Shown piece after piece: positions 1 to 12,292 of a stretch of 64,000 nucleotides of DNA. A program made the translations under genes and the position numbers. A model generated the notes under the pieces. The model was not told where the DNA came from, ran no database searches, and worked only from the letters and a program-made list of their open reading frames with translations. Where the stretch lies: NCBI GenBank assembly GCA_965285935.1, contig OZ260662.1, positions 82,088,001 through 82,152,000 on the forward strand, read 5' to 3'. Position 1 is the first letter of the stretch. Every line of letters starts with the position of its first letter. The stretch is from Ophelia neglecta. Taxonomy: Eukaryota.

Positions 1-1567
1 TGCAGGAATGAAATATTTTTTCCTGTCTTTATTACCGATAAAGCACTTGATATATTGACTATCCTGTGGCTGGATGCTTTTGACAGGAACTATTGTTTCT
101 TTTATACACTTGACCAAGGCATCACAATCAAGATAAGTGACACTTATCTCAAACATGAAGCAAATAAAGTGGACACATGAATTAAGCCAATGAAACACTT
201 TACCTGTTAATATGCGTGGCCTATGTCCTGTTCTCTATGTAGCGGCCTTCTTCCTATTTGTTACACTTTCGCAGAGTGCAGGCCATATATACATGTATTT
301 CACTCAAACAGCTGTATGAGCGCGCTAGTCTTATAAATTAGTATTGATTGAGTCAATATCATGCAGCCCGAAGCACCACGCTCTTTTGAATTAATCTTAT
401 ATTGTCGCAACCGACAACTATCATAGATGCATTCAATTGATAAACTGTATCATTCGCGAGAATATTCTCGCCTTCAATTGGAATGCACAAACATTTGGAA
501 AGCACGGTTAACGCAACCACAATTTTTGTCTTTATACTTATAAAATTCCAAGCATTATCAAGATTACTTATGGAAAGTTTCACCAATATCTGGATTTAAA
601 TTTCGATAGAAAAAAACCGTTGGGAAAAACACGCCCCACTTTGCCAATCATGCAGCGGCCATGATTCCAGGGTAAAAACCTTATAGGGCAAAGACAAAGG
701 AAAACTTCGAAAAAAATATTCCCGGAATTGCTTTTAGTCGCCTCGATCTATAATTAGATAACCCTGCTATTTTGAGCTGTATCATCACATGCGCAAAAAA
801 GTCCCCGACATTAGGGTAAAAACTAAGCGCCAAAGCTTATTCAAATAACCTCGAAATTGGTAGCTTATATTTATTTAGTAAAAACGGTCTTAAATCGAAA
901 GGGTATGCCAATATTTCCAAGTAAATTGATAATAACCACTTATCTTTTGCACTTTGACTCACTATAGCACACAAACTTTACATTATATATTTCCAAAGTT
1001 TTCTGTTTGGTGCATTCAGACTTGTCCGCATTTTGTTTTTCACATGTTCGCGCAACCTTATTAATGTAAGTTGGTAATTTCAGGGCCATAATTATCCGCG
1101 TCTACTATTTACTGCCTGTCTGACTTGACGAGATAAAGCCAACAGTTATACTTGTAAATAGTAATGCATTGGTTAAGTCTTAATGGAGCGTTTAGATACG
1201 GTATCTGTACCGGTATCTGGCAATTACTACTTTCAATTTACTGTAGGAGCCAAGTCGCGTGTTGTGGTTGGCATTAAAAGAGCTACCTAGTGTTTAATTG
1301 CGTTTTGAAGCATGACTTAACGTTACTTGCTTTTCAAATAACACGTTATGCCTCACAAGACATAGTTCCTTTTGATTCTCAAAGAACAGTCAAATGATCA
1401 ACGCTGGTTTAATTCAAAGCATGCATTTTGTTTGTTTTGAATAAAATTATTTAAAAATCGCCCTGGTTTGGCGGTGTATTTTATGCACTTTCTCCAGAAC
1501 CCCAAAACAACTATATTTTGAAAATATAATGACTAGTGATGGATAACTGCAGTTTCTTTGAGGCACA

Positions 1568-1808
1568 ACAACTAAATCTAACTGTATGGTTTTCCTAACT
1601 TGCACCTGTGTCGGTATTCAAATCTTTACTCAGTGTGCTAGGTAGCAGGACAAAATGGCAGCTTCCAACTCGAGCTTTACGTTGACGACAACTAAATCTA
1701 ACTGTATGGTTTTCCTAACTTGCACCTGTGTCGGTATTCAAATCTTTACTCAGTGTGCTAGGTAGCAGGACAAAATGGCAGCTTCCAACTCGAGCTTTAC
1801 GTTGACGA
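1568..1808. repeat. Exact 120-bp tandem duplication
   Basis: 1568-1687 is repeated at 1688-1807; lines 1621 and 1741 are identical. Confidence 0.95.
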
Positions 1809-2464
1809 AAATTTAATTCCTTCAGTTTTTTTAAGTGAGAGGGGGCTGGGGGGGGGGGGCAACGAATGTCGCTTATATATAAAAATCTAAGTGAGTGCAT
1901 AATCCGAGTCCAATAAGTTTTACCCATCGCTATTGTCCTTGTCAAACTGCTACTCCGGTTTTCGTTGAAGATATAGAAATAACTCTACGGTATTTTATTT
2001 TTGGTTGCCTTCGTCATCAAGTCATTATATAACACAATAATAATATAATTTATTAAACACGTTTATTTCACCTTATTTGCCGCAGACGCCTTGTTCCAAG
2101 CTAAGCGCTATTTTACATGTTGATGATTTTTCTTGGCATTTTCGAGTGGTATAAATAACGGAATGTGTTCCAACATTCTTCAAATAGTATTAAAAGCATA
2201 TTTAGCACGCTGATTATGACCGTGTTTTCAAGGATATAAATCCCTATTATTTTTGTTACATCTTTAGCTGTTAGTTGGATGTCAGTACAGTTTGATATGT
2301 TATCATTATAATAATCGAATTAAAATCAAATGAGGCGATATATATTTTTTGCACCAATGAACACATGCAGGCAGTTATTTCATTTTTGAGCGGGTCTATT
2401 AACACAATCGACTTTTTCAAAACATGACCGTCTATTATGGCGATAATTATAAGATATCCTTAAA

Positions 2465-5400
2465 TTAAGCACACTCCTTTATCATTAATACTGTCATTAG
2501 GATCATCAACATAACACCGGTCAGTGAGACCGAGGGCAGGGCACTCCCTCGTCCGATCGTACCCCTCACCAGTTGACATTCCTCAGAGGTCGGCTCGTAA
2601 ACACACTTTAAATGCATCATCTCACTGAAAATGTATAAGTTAAACCGTTGACCTTAAGTTATAAATTGATATGTAGTTTATTCGTGAAGTTTAGAAGTTT
2701 CCAGGCATTGTGTTGTTAATATAAGTACGGTGGTATCACCTGAAGTTTAATAGTAAAGCTTAAAAGGGTCGGTTGCTTTAAAGGTACCTCACTCGTCCGC
2801 TTTTGTGTTCAGTGACCAACGTTGGATCAGTGCATATACTTACAAATTTTAGGAAATTGTAGGAAATGCTGATAATTGTTTAATTTTTAATACCTGAATT
2901 CTTTCGACAATGAATAATGGTACTGCATGGACATATCTGTCCATTCCCGCGAACAATGAACCATAATTCAATAGTGCTTATATTGAAAATATTTCTGCAT
3001 TACTAAACTTTCAATAAAATTCTATGTGGCAGATATAACACTTGTTTGTCCAGGCAAGCGCATTGGTGTGTTAACCTTATTGAACATTGGGAACACGGCT
3101 TAATATGTATCACTTTTCTATTGAATGATCAACTATGACTTTTGCTTTTGATTTGTGTTAACAAGTGTTTGGTTTTCGATTAATGAATGTCTCTTATGCC
3201 TGCCTTGTTTTTGATCCGGAATTTTTCGTTTTCCGTGAGTCAAGTAATTCTTTCAATTTAGATTTTTCCCATATTCTGATTGAGATGGGTTGCTAATTCA
3301 CATGCTGGTGTCTCGGGACAGGCAAATTTAATCTCTGTGCTACGTTGAGCACTGACTGGCTTGTATTATGTTCTAACTCACATTATGGGGAACTGTTAAC
3401 TACTTCTCATTGCAAATAATATCACGTCTTTGTTTTCAATTTTTATTTACATTTTAAGTTTTTTTTACTGTCTGATTATGGGAGATTGATGTATTGCTGT
3501 GCGTGGGCCAGTGGCTGCAGATATAAAAGTGTTAAACCGTGACATTCAGGACGGCAAGATCATTATACCTTACGTACTCCATTTTAGTCATGAGATTTAG
3601 GTTAAGCTAGCAATTTATGCTCATTTTAAAGTTTGGTTTAATATAATTTGACAAATATTTGTTCTACGTATTCCACACAAATGGACCTGCAGCAATTTAT
3701 TTCAGCCATGTACTACGGCATTCCGCAAGTAATTAGAAAAACCCTTATACATGATTTTTATCATTTGCTAGTGTGGAAAGTGGTGCCATCAAAAGCACCA
3801 TTAAATAGTCGAGAGTTAGATTTTCATCACGTATATGGTTTTGTCATGGAGGCATAAGATCGATTGGATTATTATCCATATGACTATGATCTAGTTGTCC
3901 TAGATTTAAAAAAACGTCACCTGTACCCAACTTTGGACATCAACCGAGAAAAACAAATACCGTACAAACCAAGTAGTATTTTATTCTTCGTCAACGTTCC
4001 ACTTTTATTCGTGTACACTTACGGTGGATCATCAATGCAGGAGTATCTCAAATTTTGACTAAAAGCGATGCTCTCTAGTTCTTTCAATGATCCCTTACCA
4101 CACATCTCCCTGAAAACATTCAATCGTCGCTTTTATGGAGTGTTAAGCCAAACGTATCTTATATTAGGTGAATATATCTCAAACTTCTATGACAAACTAA
4201 ATATACATACGTAGTCGCCCTTCCAATATCGTTCACAAGCCAAACCTCCATTTTATTAACATTCGGTGGCTTCAAGTTGGGAAGTTCCCGATCGTAAAAG
4301 ATACTATTATTATGTGATAAATATTACTTCATTAATATGTCATTCTACAAACCAAATTAAAACTTCGTCATAAACACCAGACAACCTGTTATTTCTTAAA
4401 CGGAGGTAACGAAACCTGCATTTTTTTTCTGTGACCTCAGTTTTCTGCATGAACTATAAATTCAAAACTTTGTTACCCTTGTTTTCGTTAAGATTATTGT
4501 TGGCCATAATTTGATCATTATAGGTTTATTATACCCACATTAAGTTATATATTTATCAATTTAAAAGTACTATTCTGGAATGCTAACTCATAAGATGAGT
4601 TACTGAATGCCGGTTGGTTATTTCCCCTGGTGCCATTAAGAGCTACACGGACGAGTCCATATATCCTCTGCGAGAACTGTGAAAGAAAGATCCAGAAAAA
4701 AAACACTTGTCCCCATATTTAATGTTCGAACATTAAGGTATCTCAATAGTACTTATACCAGACAGACCAACAAAATACAATCTGTTAACTGCTATATATA
4801 ACATTGTGATCTGCTACACATGCCTCATGGTGGACCTTCTCATAGGGGACCTCGTAGTGTATTCTCTTAAAATAACTGGGCATATTGGCCAAAAAAAGAT
4901 CGAAATTAAGCAGCTTCAAATAACAGAACAACAGGGCAATGAATAATTACTAGACTGCATCAAATTTGCGAGTAGTATCAATAATGTAAATGAGGATAAT
5001 AAATCGAACAAAATAGTACCTAACCATACGAGATACGGATGCAAAATGAGGAATACGTAATTCACGTAAATAGCATGCTATAAAAGAACTGAATCAACAG
5101 TTTTATTGGTAAATTTTTATTTAATTTGAAATTCACTCGACAGATATAGGCATATTAAAATTCGTATTATGTTACAGATGCACGAATTTTTTACGGACTA
5201 GATAGAATGTGCACAATAATTGTAACGTTTTTGTTAACCGCCCCCTTTATGGGCACTACTTTTCCAAAATAGCTATTGGTATCGGATATGGTTTGTGCCA
5301 CCGAACGGTTTCTTGTCTGTGACAAGAAGTTCTGGATTAACCTAGAGATAATGTGCATCGCAACCTCAGTAACATAGTAGGATAACCAGCAAGGTATCAA

Positions 5401-8222
5401 ATAAAAATAAAGTTTCCTTCATTTTGAATATTAATTGATGGATCACACTTGCGATTAACTTCTTGTTTTAATCGTCTTCTAAAGGTGTTTCCGCACTCTT
5501 TATAGTACCAAATATATCCTGGCTCAAAGGCGTAATGAAAAAAGTATTTTGTAGCACATTACTAGCCCAATTGAATTTATCATCCCCCCCCCCCCCCAGA
5601 AACATCATATAGGTTGTAAACATCTAAGGGTAGGTATTATAGGTTGCAATCTGGTCAGTTTTAACCACTAAGAAACAATGTCTATTAATCTGGAGGAGCC
5701 GGAATGGACACCCGGCTGACACAGCAACTTCTTTAATGCAAAATAGTCAAATAAATCGGTCCAAAGTCTTCAGGAATAAGCAGCATTATATTAAGCCCAC
5801 ATACACCAATCCCCAGCTCCCAACCAGTAAATAAACACATTAAATTGTGGAACCATCCTCAAAGCTACTTTATTGATTCTACTCATCATGATATTTGTTA
5901 GGCCTATCAGATAGACCCAATATATCCGTACAGCGTATGTAAAAAGGCTTTCCATACGGCGTATAACGAAATTATTGGGACTTAAGGTGTCTTCTTTAAT
6001 ATTGGTTTAATGGTTTATCAGGTCTCTCTACTTACTTGGTTTGACACTTCCCTCCAAAAGTTGAAAGTGGCTTCACCGGGACAGGAAGCATAGGGTGGGC
6101 AGTGTGTATTATTGATGCCTGAGGGTTCAGTACTACCACAAAATACCATGTCCTGAGCTATATGTCCTGATAGGGGATGGAAGAAAAACTGTTTGTGCAT
6201 TGTTATTACTGGCATATTGAGAAGAGTTTTATTCTGGATAGAATTCTCCAGAATGACCCTCGATAGAAAAACTAAAGAAATCGATAAATCCCGATTGCCA
6301 TATCGATCAGGTTAATGAAACTAAGCCATGGATGATAGCAATGTTTACAAATGGGAAGAATAATCGAAGAACCACAAATTACTCTCCTGTATACAGACTG
6401 AACTTTTTTTGCTCAATCGATGAGACATAACATTTTTTTTTCATTTCAAAAGTAAGAACCTATCGTGCCTTGCCTTTCGAGTAATATCACAATTATGTCA
6501 CATTTTGAGAAAAAATAGTCCCCAATATACTCCCATAGGGCATGAATAATCTTTGCCCTACAATGAACGCTGACTCGTTAGTTAAGTTCTATATTTTACA
6601 TTAACTGTGACTTCTACCTACTCTACTGTCATGTGTAGGAAGCAATTCAGTAAGTCTAGCATTGAACACAAAGCACATAGGCATGTAAGGTACAATGCAC
6701 CAGTTTAAACATGTAAGTGATTTTTAATACCATTAATTTACGTAGAACTACAACGGTATGTATTTACCACCAAAATTTATAATACTTAAGCTGACATTTA
6801 TTGCAGCACCTTATATATGTTAAATGTTATTTTATTTAGTTACTACACCTGGTAAATAGTCTGCCAAAGCGGTAGCGCGCACCCCATGGTCCGAATAGCG
6901 ATAAACAATTGGATACATTTCCGACCACAGCAACCCCTGCAACAGAAATTGGACCCTATCTATGTTCATTCATGCTCTGAAAAACCTACTGACCAACGTG
7001 GTCCGTGGGCCAGACAGGCTCACCTTGCATACACCCCTCCCCCCCTCCCTAACCCTGGTACTCAGCCCACGCTTTCTCCCTCTCTCCCCCGGTAATCAGC
7101 GCATGCTGCTTCCAGCCCCCACCCCATAATTGGTAATCAGCGCATCATAATTATATTCATTTAATAATACATTTAAACCCAGTTGGGTGTTATTTTGTCC
7201 ACTCGCTCCAGAAAAATGAAAATTTTGAACTCATGCCATGAGACTGAAAAGCCGGGGAATACTCCAAAAGGACGTAAACAATTTTGTTTGTCCCTCCTTT
7301 GTCCCCTCCCCTCCCCCCCCCCCCCAAACTCCACCGTCGTCCGAAATGAAACTGTTGTTCAACACAGCTTCTTATCTAATTGTCCAGTTTTGTTTTAAGT
7401 AGCAACTTAAAATTAAGAAAATAAAGTAACAAACATAACAGTTTGAACAAAATGTACTAATTTAGATTTCATATGAAAGTATATTAGGGGAGGTAACTAT
7501 ATATGCCATGGTTTTCGGTGCCCTATTCAAACCTACCGAGTTGTTTGGAAAAGAATGGCCTGCCTCCGCTGCAAACTCCCTGAAATCTTCCTCCGAAACA
7601 TCACAAGGAACTTTATGCATAAAAGCTCCAGTGAACAATATCCACAAAGTGCTACAGTTTTTTTGTCTGTAACATAAATCCAGTCAGATTAAAGTAATTC
7701 TATATGAACTAAGCAGCACAAAGACAGACTGTAAATTATATCGTCGTAGCAAAACTTTTCAATTATATCAAATTATAACATTGAATGAATGAATAAATGA
7801 ATGAATAAATTAATCAAAGACCTATTAAATAATCATGACCATGCATACCGACAAATAAATAGTCAACCCATTAGACATCAGGATTTAAATAATCCGACTG
7901 TCTGCCGTAAATCAAGCACCATTGCATGTTTTATTTCTAGTATCTGTGATCAAACGCAATTTATAGCAAAGTTTGTTTATTCGGTTTTCGAATATCTGTT
8001 TATCATTGACATACATTCAGGCAAGGCAAGGCATGAATCAATACTTACTCACCCGTCAATAAACAAATCAGGCCGAATCAAAGTTTGAAATTCCCAACAA
8101 CGCCCGATAAATATATCCTTCAGTTGAGCGAAATTTGTGGGGTTTAGTTCCGCACCATCACAGCCGGCAGGCATTATGGTAAATGCGCTGACTGCAATCA
8201 GCAAAGCGAACAAAACAGACAT
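2465..8222 (-). CDS. CD38-like: ADP-ribosyl cyclase/NAD+ glycohydrolase (CD38/CD157/Aplysia ARC family), paralog 1; 8 coding exons, ~315 aa, predicted GPI-anchored
   Basis: Exons 8222-8053, 7666-7537, 6936-6849, 6166-6036, 4676-4588, 4303-4211, 4109-4023 and 2624-2465 join in frame (948 nt). Family motifs: signal peptide MSVLFALLIAVSAF, IFIGRC, NCSTLWILF..AF..K.PC...EEDF, LLWS, ALADYLPG (TLEDTL equivalent), VFCG, FWREVS, VALNGT, IFYDRELPNL (catalytic Glu), CGKGSLKELE, YSCIDDP, HLKCV...EEC, and a hydrophobic C-terminal tail. The exon-5 donor is shifted relative to paralog 2 (see findings). Confidence 0.92.
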
Positions 8223-9822
8223 TTTTGCAGGCTTTTTCTCAGTATTCTGAAAGGGTAATTCTAGAGAAACTTTACGAGATAGCACACAAGCCTTTAAGAG
8301 AGAAAGAGAGAGACACAAGAGAGTTGCGCCGGTACATATAAGTATGTATCAGAGGGTATCAAGGAGTCATTTACATAATAAATTAATACATTTACTTTCA
8401 AGAACGGCGTGCGTTTCAAAGTCACACACGGCAAACATCATATTTTTTAACATGTTCACTTGACTTATGCAAAGCTTTATGGGTCCGTTCAGAAGTGCTC
8501 TCGATACTACTTTACATCCTCTTGAAAATGCGGCTACATGTATGCAGTTAAGTAGCTATAATTTATGAATAGTCCAAAGCCGATAACAGCTAGGCATATA
8601 AGACTATCTATATTAAATTAAGCAGGTGTAATGATTCACCTTGCACGTTAAACCTTATGATTAGAGTGTCTGAGACATTACCCCTTCTTCTATTAGAAAA
8701 ATGGAGTCAATTTGGCCCTGGATTATTCGGACACTGGCATTACTTTCCACTTCAGCTGCGGCTATAACGCTATATACTCAGCTGTAATCCCGAGACACAT
8801 GGAAATGATCCCGAACGATGTTTTAATTATTGAATCCCGTGATAATGTAGAATTACCGGATCTAGCTATAGGCTGCAGTGTAGCATAAAGCTCCACCAAA
8901 CTTAAACCAAGTTTATCCAAACGTAAACTGGAAAATATTTATATAAATTTTTAGATTTTATGAGTTTAATTTTTTTTTCTTTATGACAAATCAAGTAATT
9001 CATTAAAATTTCACCGTGCCCCCGTCTTTGCCATGGGTTACGGCGTGATCGATCATATATAACCCTCTTCTTTTCCCGAAATTACATTAATTACTAAAAT
9101 AATTACTTAAAATTACTAAAGATATTACTAAATATTCTTCATGGCATTGTAAAGAAGTAAAGAATGACTTATATTTGAATTCAAATCACAGACGCACTCA
9201 CGCAAACAAGGGCTAGACAAGATGATCCCCTCTTTCGGCGAAACGTGGGATACGGATTACTAATAATTAGTATGTAATTATAGGAAAATACTTGGTGAAA
9301 TAAAAGTAATAAATGAATCTAATACTTATAATATATATATGTCATTTTAAAAAATTGGTGCAAAGAGATTACGCATGTCTTAACACACGAGACATTCGAA
9401 AATGCGTTGATGAAGCTGGCTTTTAAACAATGCCGAAGTCATCTTAGTTGGGCGTCACATCTGTACTATTTTTCAAACCTTCTTTCAAAGGTTTTAGTAA
9501 AATTTCAGTCAGATGCTTTAATTCCTATTTCTTGTAGGCCTATCTTATTAAGCATAAATGACAGGAATTGATAAGTTGCCAACAGTTATGAAAGAAAATT
9601 AAATAATAATTTAGGAGTAGTTTAGCGGTTTTGAAGTAGTTTTACTTTCACTTAGTCATTTTCAGCGTATTAAAACATAGCGTGAATTTACGATTACAGT
9701 TTTAATAAGCTACTTCTTGCGAAATATCTGCGGCACAGAGATGCGGATTGTTATAAAAGAACGGAAATTTCATGACGAATAAAGTGTTGTTATTTTTCTT
9801 CAATTGATTTTTTGTTTTATTT

Positions 9823-9979
9823 CAGTGGCTGATCCAGGATTTCAGGATATGTCTGGATTGCCCCCTTTACTAATCCTCTGGTGCCACCTTGCGCGGATCC
9901 AGAAATAGGCCCAGGTCCGGGCCCACTTTTTGGCAAGGGGGGGGACGCTCCCCCCCCCCCCCCCCCGAATCCGCCACTG
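9823..9979. mobile_element. Short MITE-like element with CAGTGGC terminal inverted repeats and a poly-C tract
   Basis: Left end CAGTGGCTGATCC; the right end reverse-complements to CAGTGGCGGATTC. GC-rich island in AT-rich flanks. No clean TSD. Confidence 0.6.
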
Positions 9980-10572
9980 TATTTTTTATATATTTTGACA
10001 TATCGTTTACATAATCGCTCGGTCATGCTATTTTTGAAAGGTTCTCACGAGGATTTCTTTATTTATAATACTTTCGGATAAAGTCAGATACATTTTAATT
10101 AGATTACGTATTCACTTAGGTCTTTATTGCCAGATAACTCAAGCCATTTACGAGATATTTAACAAAATGTTTGTTTTGAGCAACAAAAAAGGTTGGATAT
10201 ACTTGGATAAGCGCGAATAATGCATTTAAGTCACTCGCTCACAAAATAATGCACACGATTTTCAGTTAGGATAAAAATATTCAGAGCGAATAATACAATG
10301 CCTTAACAAAAGTTGGTGGCACATTCTCTTAGACCAGGCCGAACTCATCGCAGCTTTTTACCCCGGCAATCGAGCGCGACTTTCAGCACTTTATCAAGCA
10401 AGAGCGCGAAAATACCGATTGTGTGCCAAAGGCGGGCACAAAAACAAATCCTATTTTAACGCCTATTTGCGTTGTGGGGGTTGGTGGGGTAGAATGTCGA
10501 ATATTGATAAGAATGGAAATAAATGCATTACCCATTGCGGTGTATCAGGGGTCGTTTTTACCATCGCGAAAA

Positions 10573-10661
10573 AGATAAATGTAAACTATGTTATGTTTGA
10601 TACAGATAAATGTAAACTATGTAATGTTTGATAAAGATAATTGTTAACTATGTAATGTTTG
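10573..10661. repeat. 31-bp minisatellite, ~3 copies
   Basis: AGATAAATGTAAACTATGT(T/A)ATGTTTGATA(C/A) repeated. Confidence 0.8.
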
Positions 10662-11805
10662 CCCGTCGCCCTTGTTAAAATGCTAATGAAAATGTTGAAT
10701 TGAGTATTCAACGCAATTACTTTATTTTTACCCACATTTTCAGGGACTGTCATCACAGAAGAAAATAATAATGTAATTCACTTAACACTTTTATTTCACC
10801 TTATTAGCCACAGATGCTTTATTCCAAGCTAACCTCTATTGTACATTTTGACTACAGTGGCAGTGCTGAGTGGTATAATTCTCAGCATCTAAGTTAGCAC
10901 TTTTTCAGGCGCTTGGAGGCGCTGATGTCTGTCCGACGGCGGCGCTGATGGGTCGACCACTATGAGAAACTGTAGTTTAAATGGCTTATTAACAATTTGT
11001 GGAAATGTTAATTAATGTGGCTTACGTTGTCGTAAGTTTTTGGGACACTTAGAAGTGTGTATAAAAATTTAGAGCCGCTAAGCGATTGATAAATGGACAA
11101 CACATGAAAAGATGTTGAAATCAAAGAATGCTCCTTTTTCTAGTTCTTTGTACTAAACTACTTTCAAAGCGTGGAAGCGTTGACTAATACTTGTGACCCA
11201 CATGTATCAAGTTATATGCAATGCATTTAGTTATCTCTGTAAGGCCCAAAATATAGGCCCTGTCAGTTTTTTCCCCACCTTCCAGTTGAGATTTTGGTAG
11301 AATTTACAATTGTTTTTGGGAGACTTCCCGGGAACATAAATTTGCTTCGGTAAAGCCGAAATTTCGATTAGTTGATCGCCTACTAAATGGGTGCTGTGCT
11401 GAATAAAATCAATGTTTGTCTCTGAAATGTCGTGACCGGAGGGCTCGAACTCATATATTTCCACGGTTTTCTCTTAGTCTACCAGCCCAGATTTCGATCG
11501 ATCAAACAATGAAGCTGCGCACCCGGGCTGCGCAGTGATGACAAAACGAGTAGTCGATCAGAAGTTCGTTCCATCAAAAGTTCGAAAAGTATTATAGGCG
11601 CATACTAGGCCTTCTACTTCGAGGTTTCTTGGATACTGACAATTAACGTAATGTTTGTAACATGTTTACAATATGGTTATACATTTGTTGTGACCTCTTT
11701 TAGCTGTTAGTTTGAAGATAACAATTTGATTAGTTAGTATTAACAGATTAAAACTGAATCAAAATAAGCAATACATGTAGATACACCAATGAAAGAAATA
11801 ATGAT

Positions 11806-12170
11806 TAAGGGCGGTTCCATAAATTTTCCTCCTGGGGGGGATGGGGCAGACTTTTATTAGACCCCCCCTACCGCGGACAATAATTTTCCCAAGAACCACC
11901 ATACCCCAGTTTAAACTGAATAACCTCACCCCGGCCAAGGTTGTATACCGGCCACCACTATCACCAAAAGTGCCCACTGAAAAATGTCAAAATACCCACA
12001 TAGCATATATTGCAGAATATGCCCCCACCACCCCAGACACGCTATTAGAAATATGAACCCATTTCCAGGACAGGCTTTTCTATTATACCCCCCCCCCTCA
12101 TACCCCGCCGATAGGGAAGACGTTGCCCCCCCCCCCCCTCCTTGGAGGACAAATTCTGGAATAGCCCTAA
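11806..12170. mobile_element. MITE-like insertion in the 3' region of ARC paralog 2
   Basis: Imperfect TIRs (TAAGGGCGGTTCCATAAATT vs reverse complement TTAGGGCTATTCCAGAATT) and poly-G/C tracts. Absent from the homologous position downstream of paralog 1 (~2350-2390), whose flanks match 11784-11792 and 12182-12198. Confidence 0.65.
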
Positions 12171-12292
12171 AACACAAGCGCTTATTTCATTTTTGAGCAG
12201 GGTTTACAGCGACTTAGCCTCGGGTATATTAACACAACAGAACTTATCAAAACAGCACCATCCAATATGGCTATGATTTGAATGTGTTTAAA

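Noticed and set aside
8223-8318. N-terminal extension of the ARC paralog 1 ORF given in the ORF track
   Set aside because: It starts at a non-ATG codon and crosses a splice acceptor (8247); the signal peptide and paralog comparison place the start at 8222.
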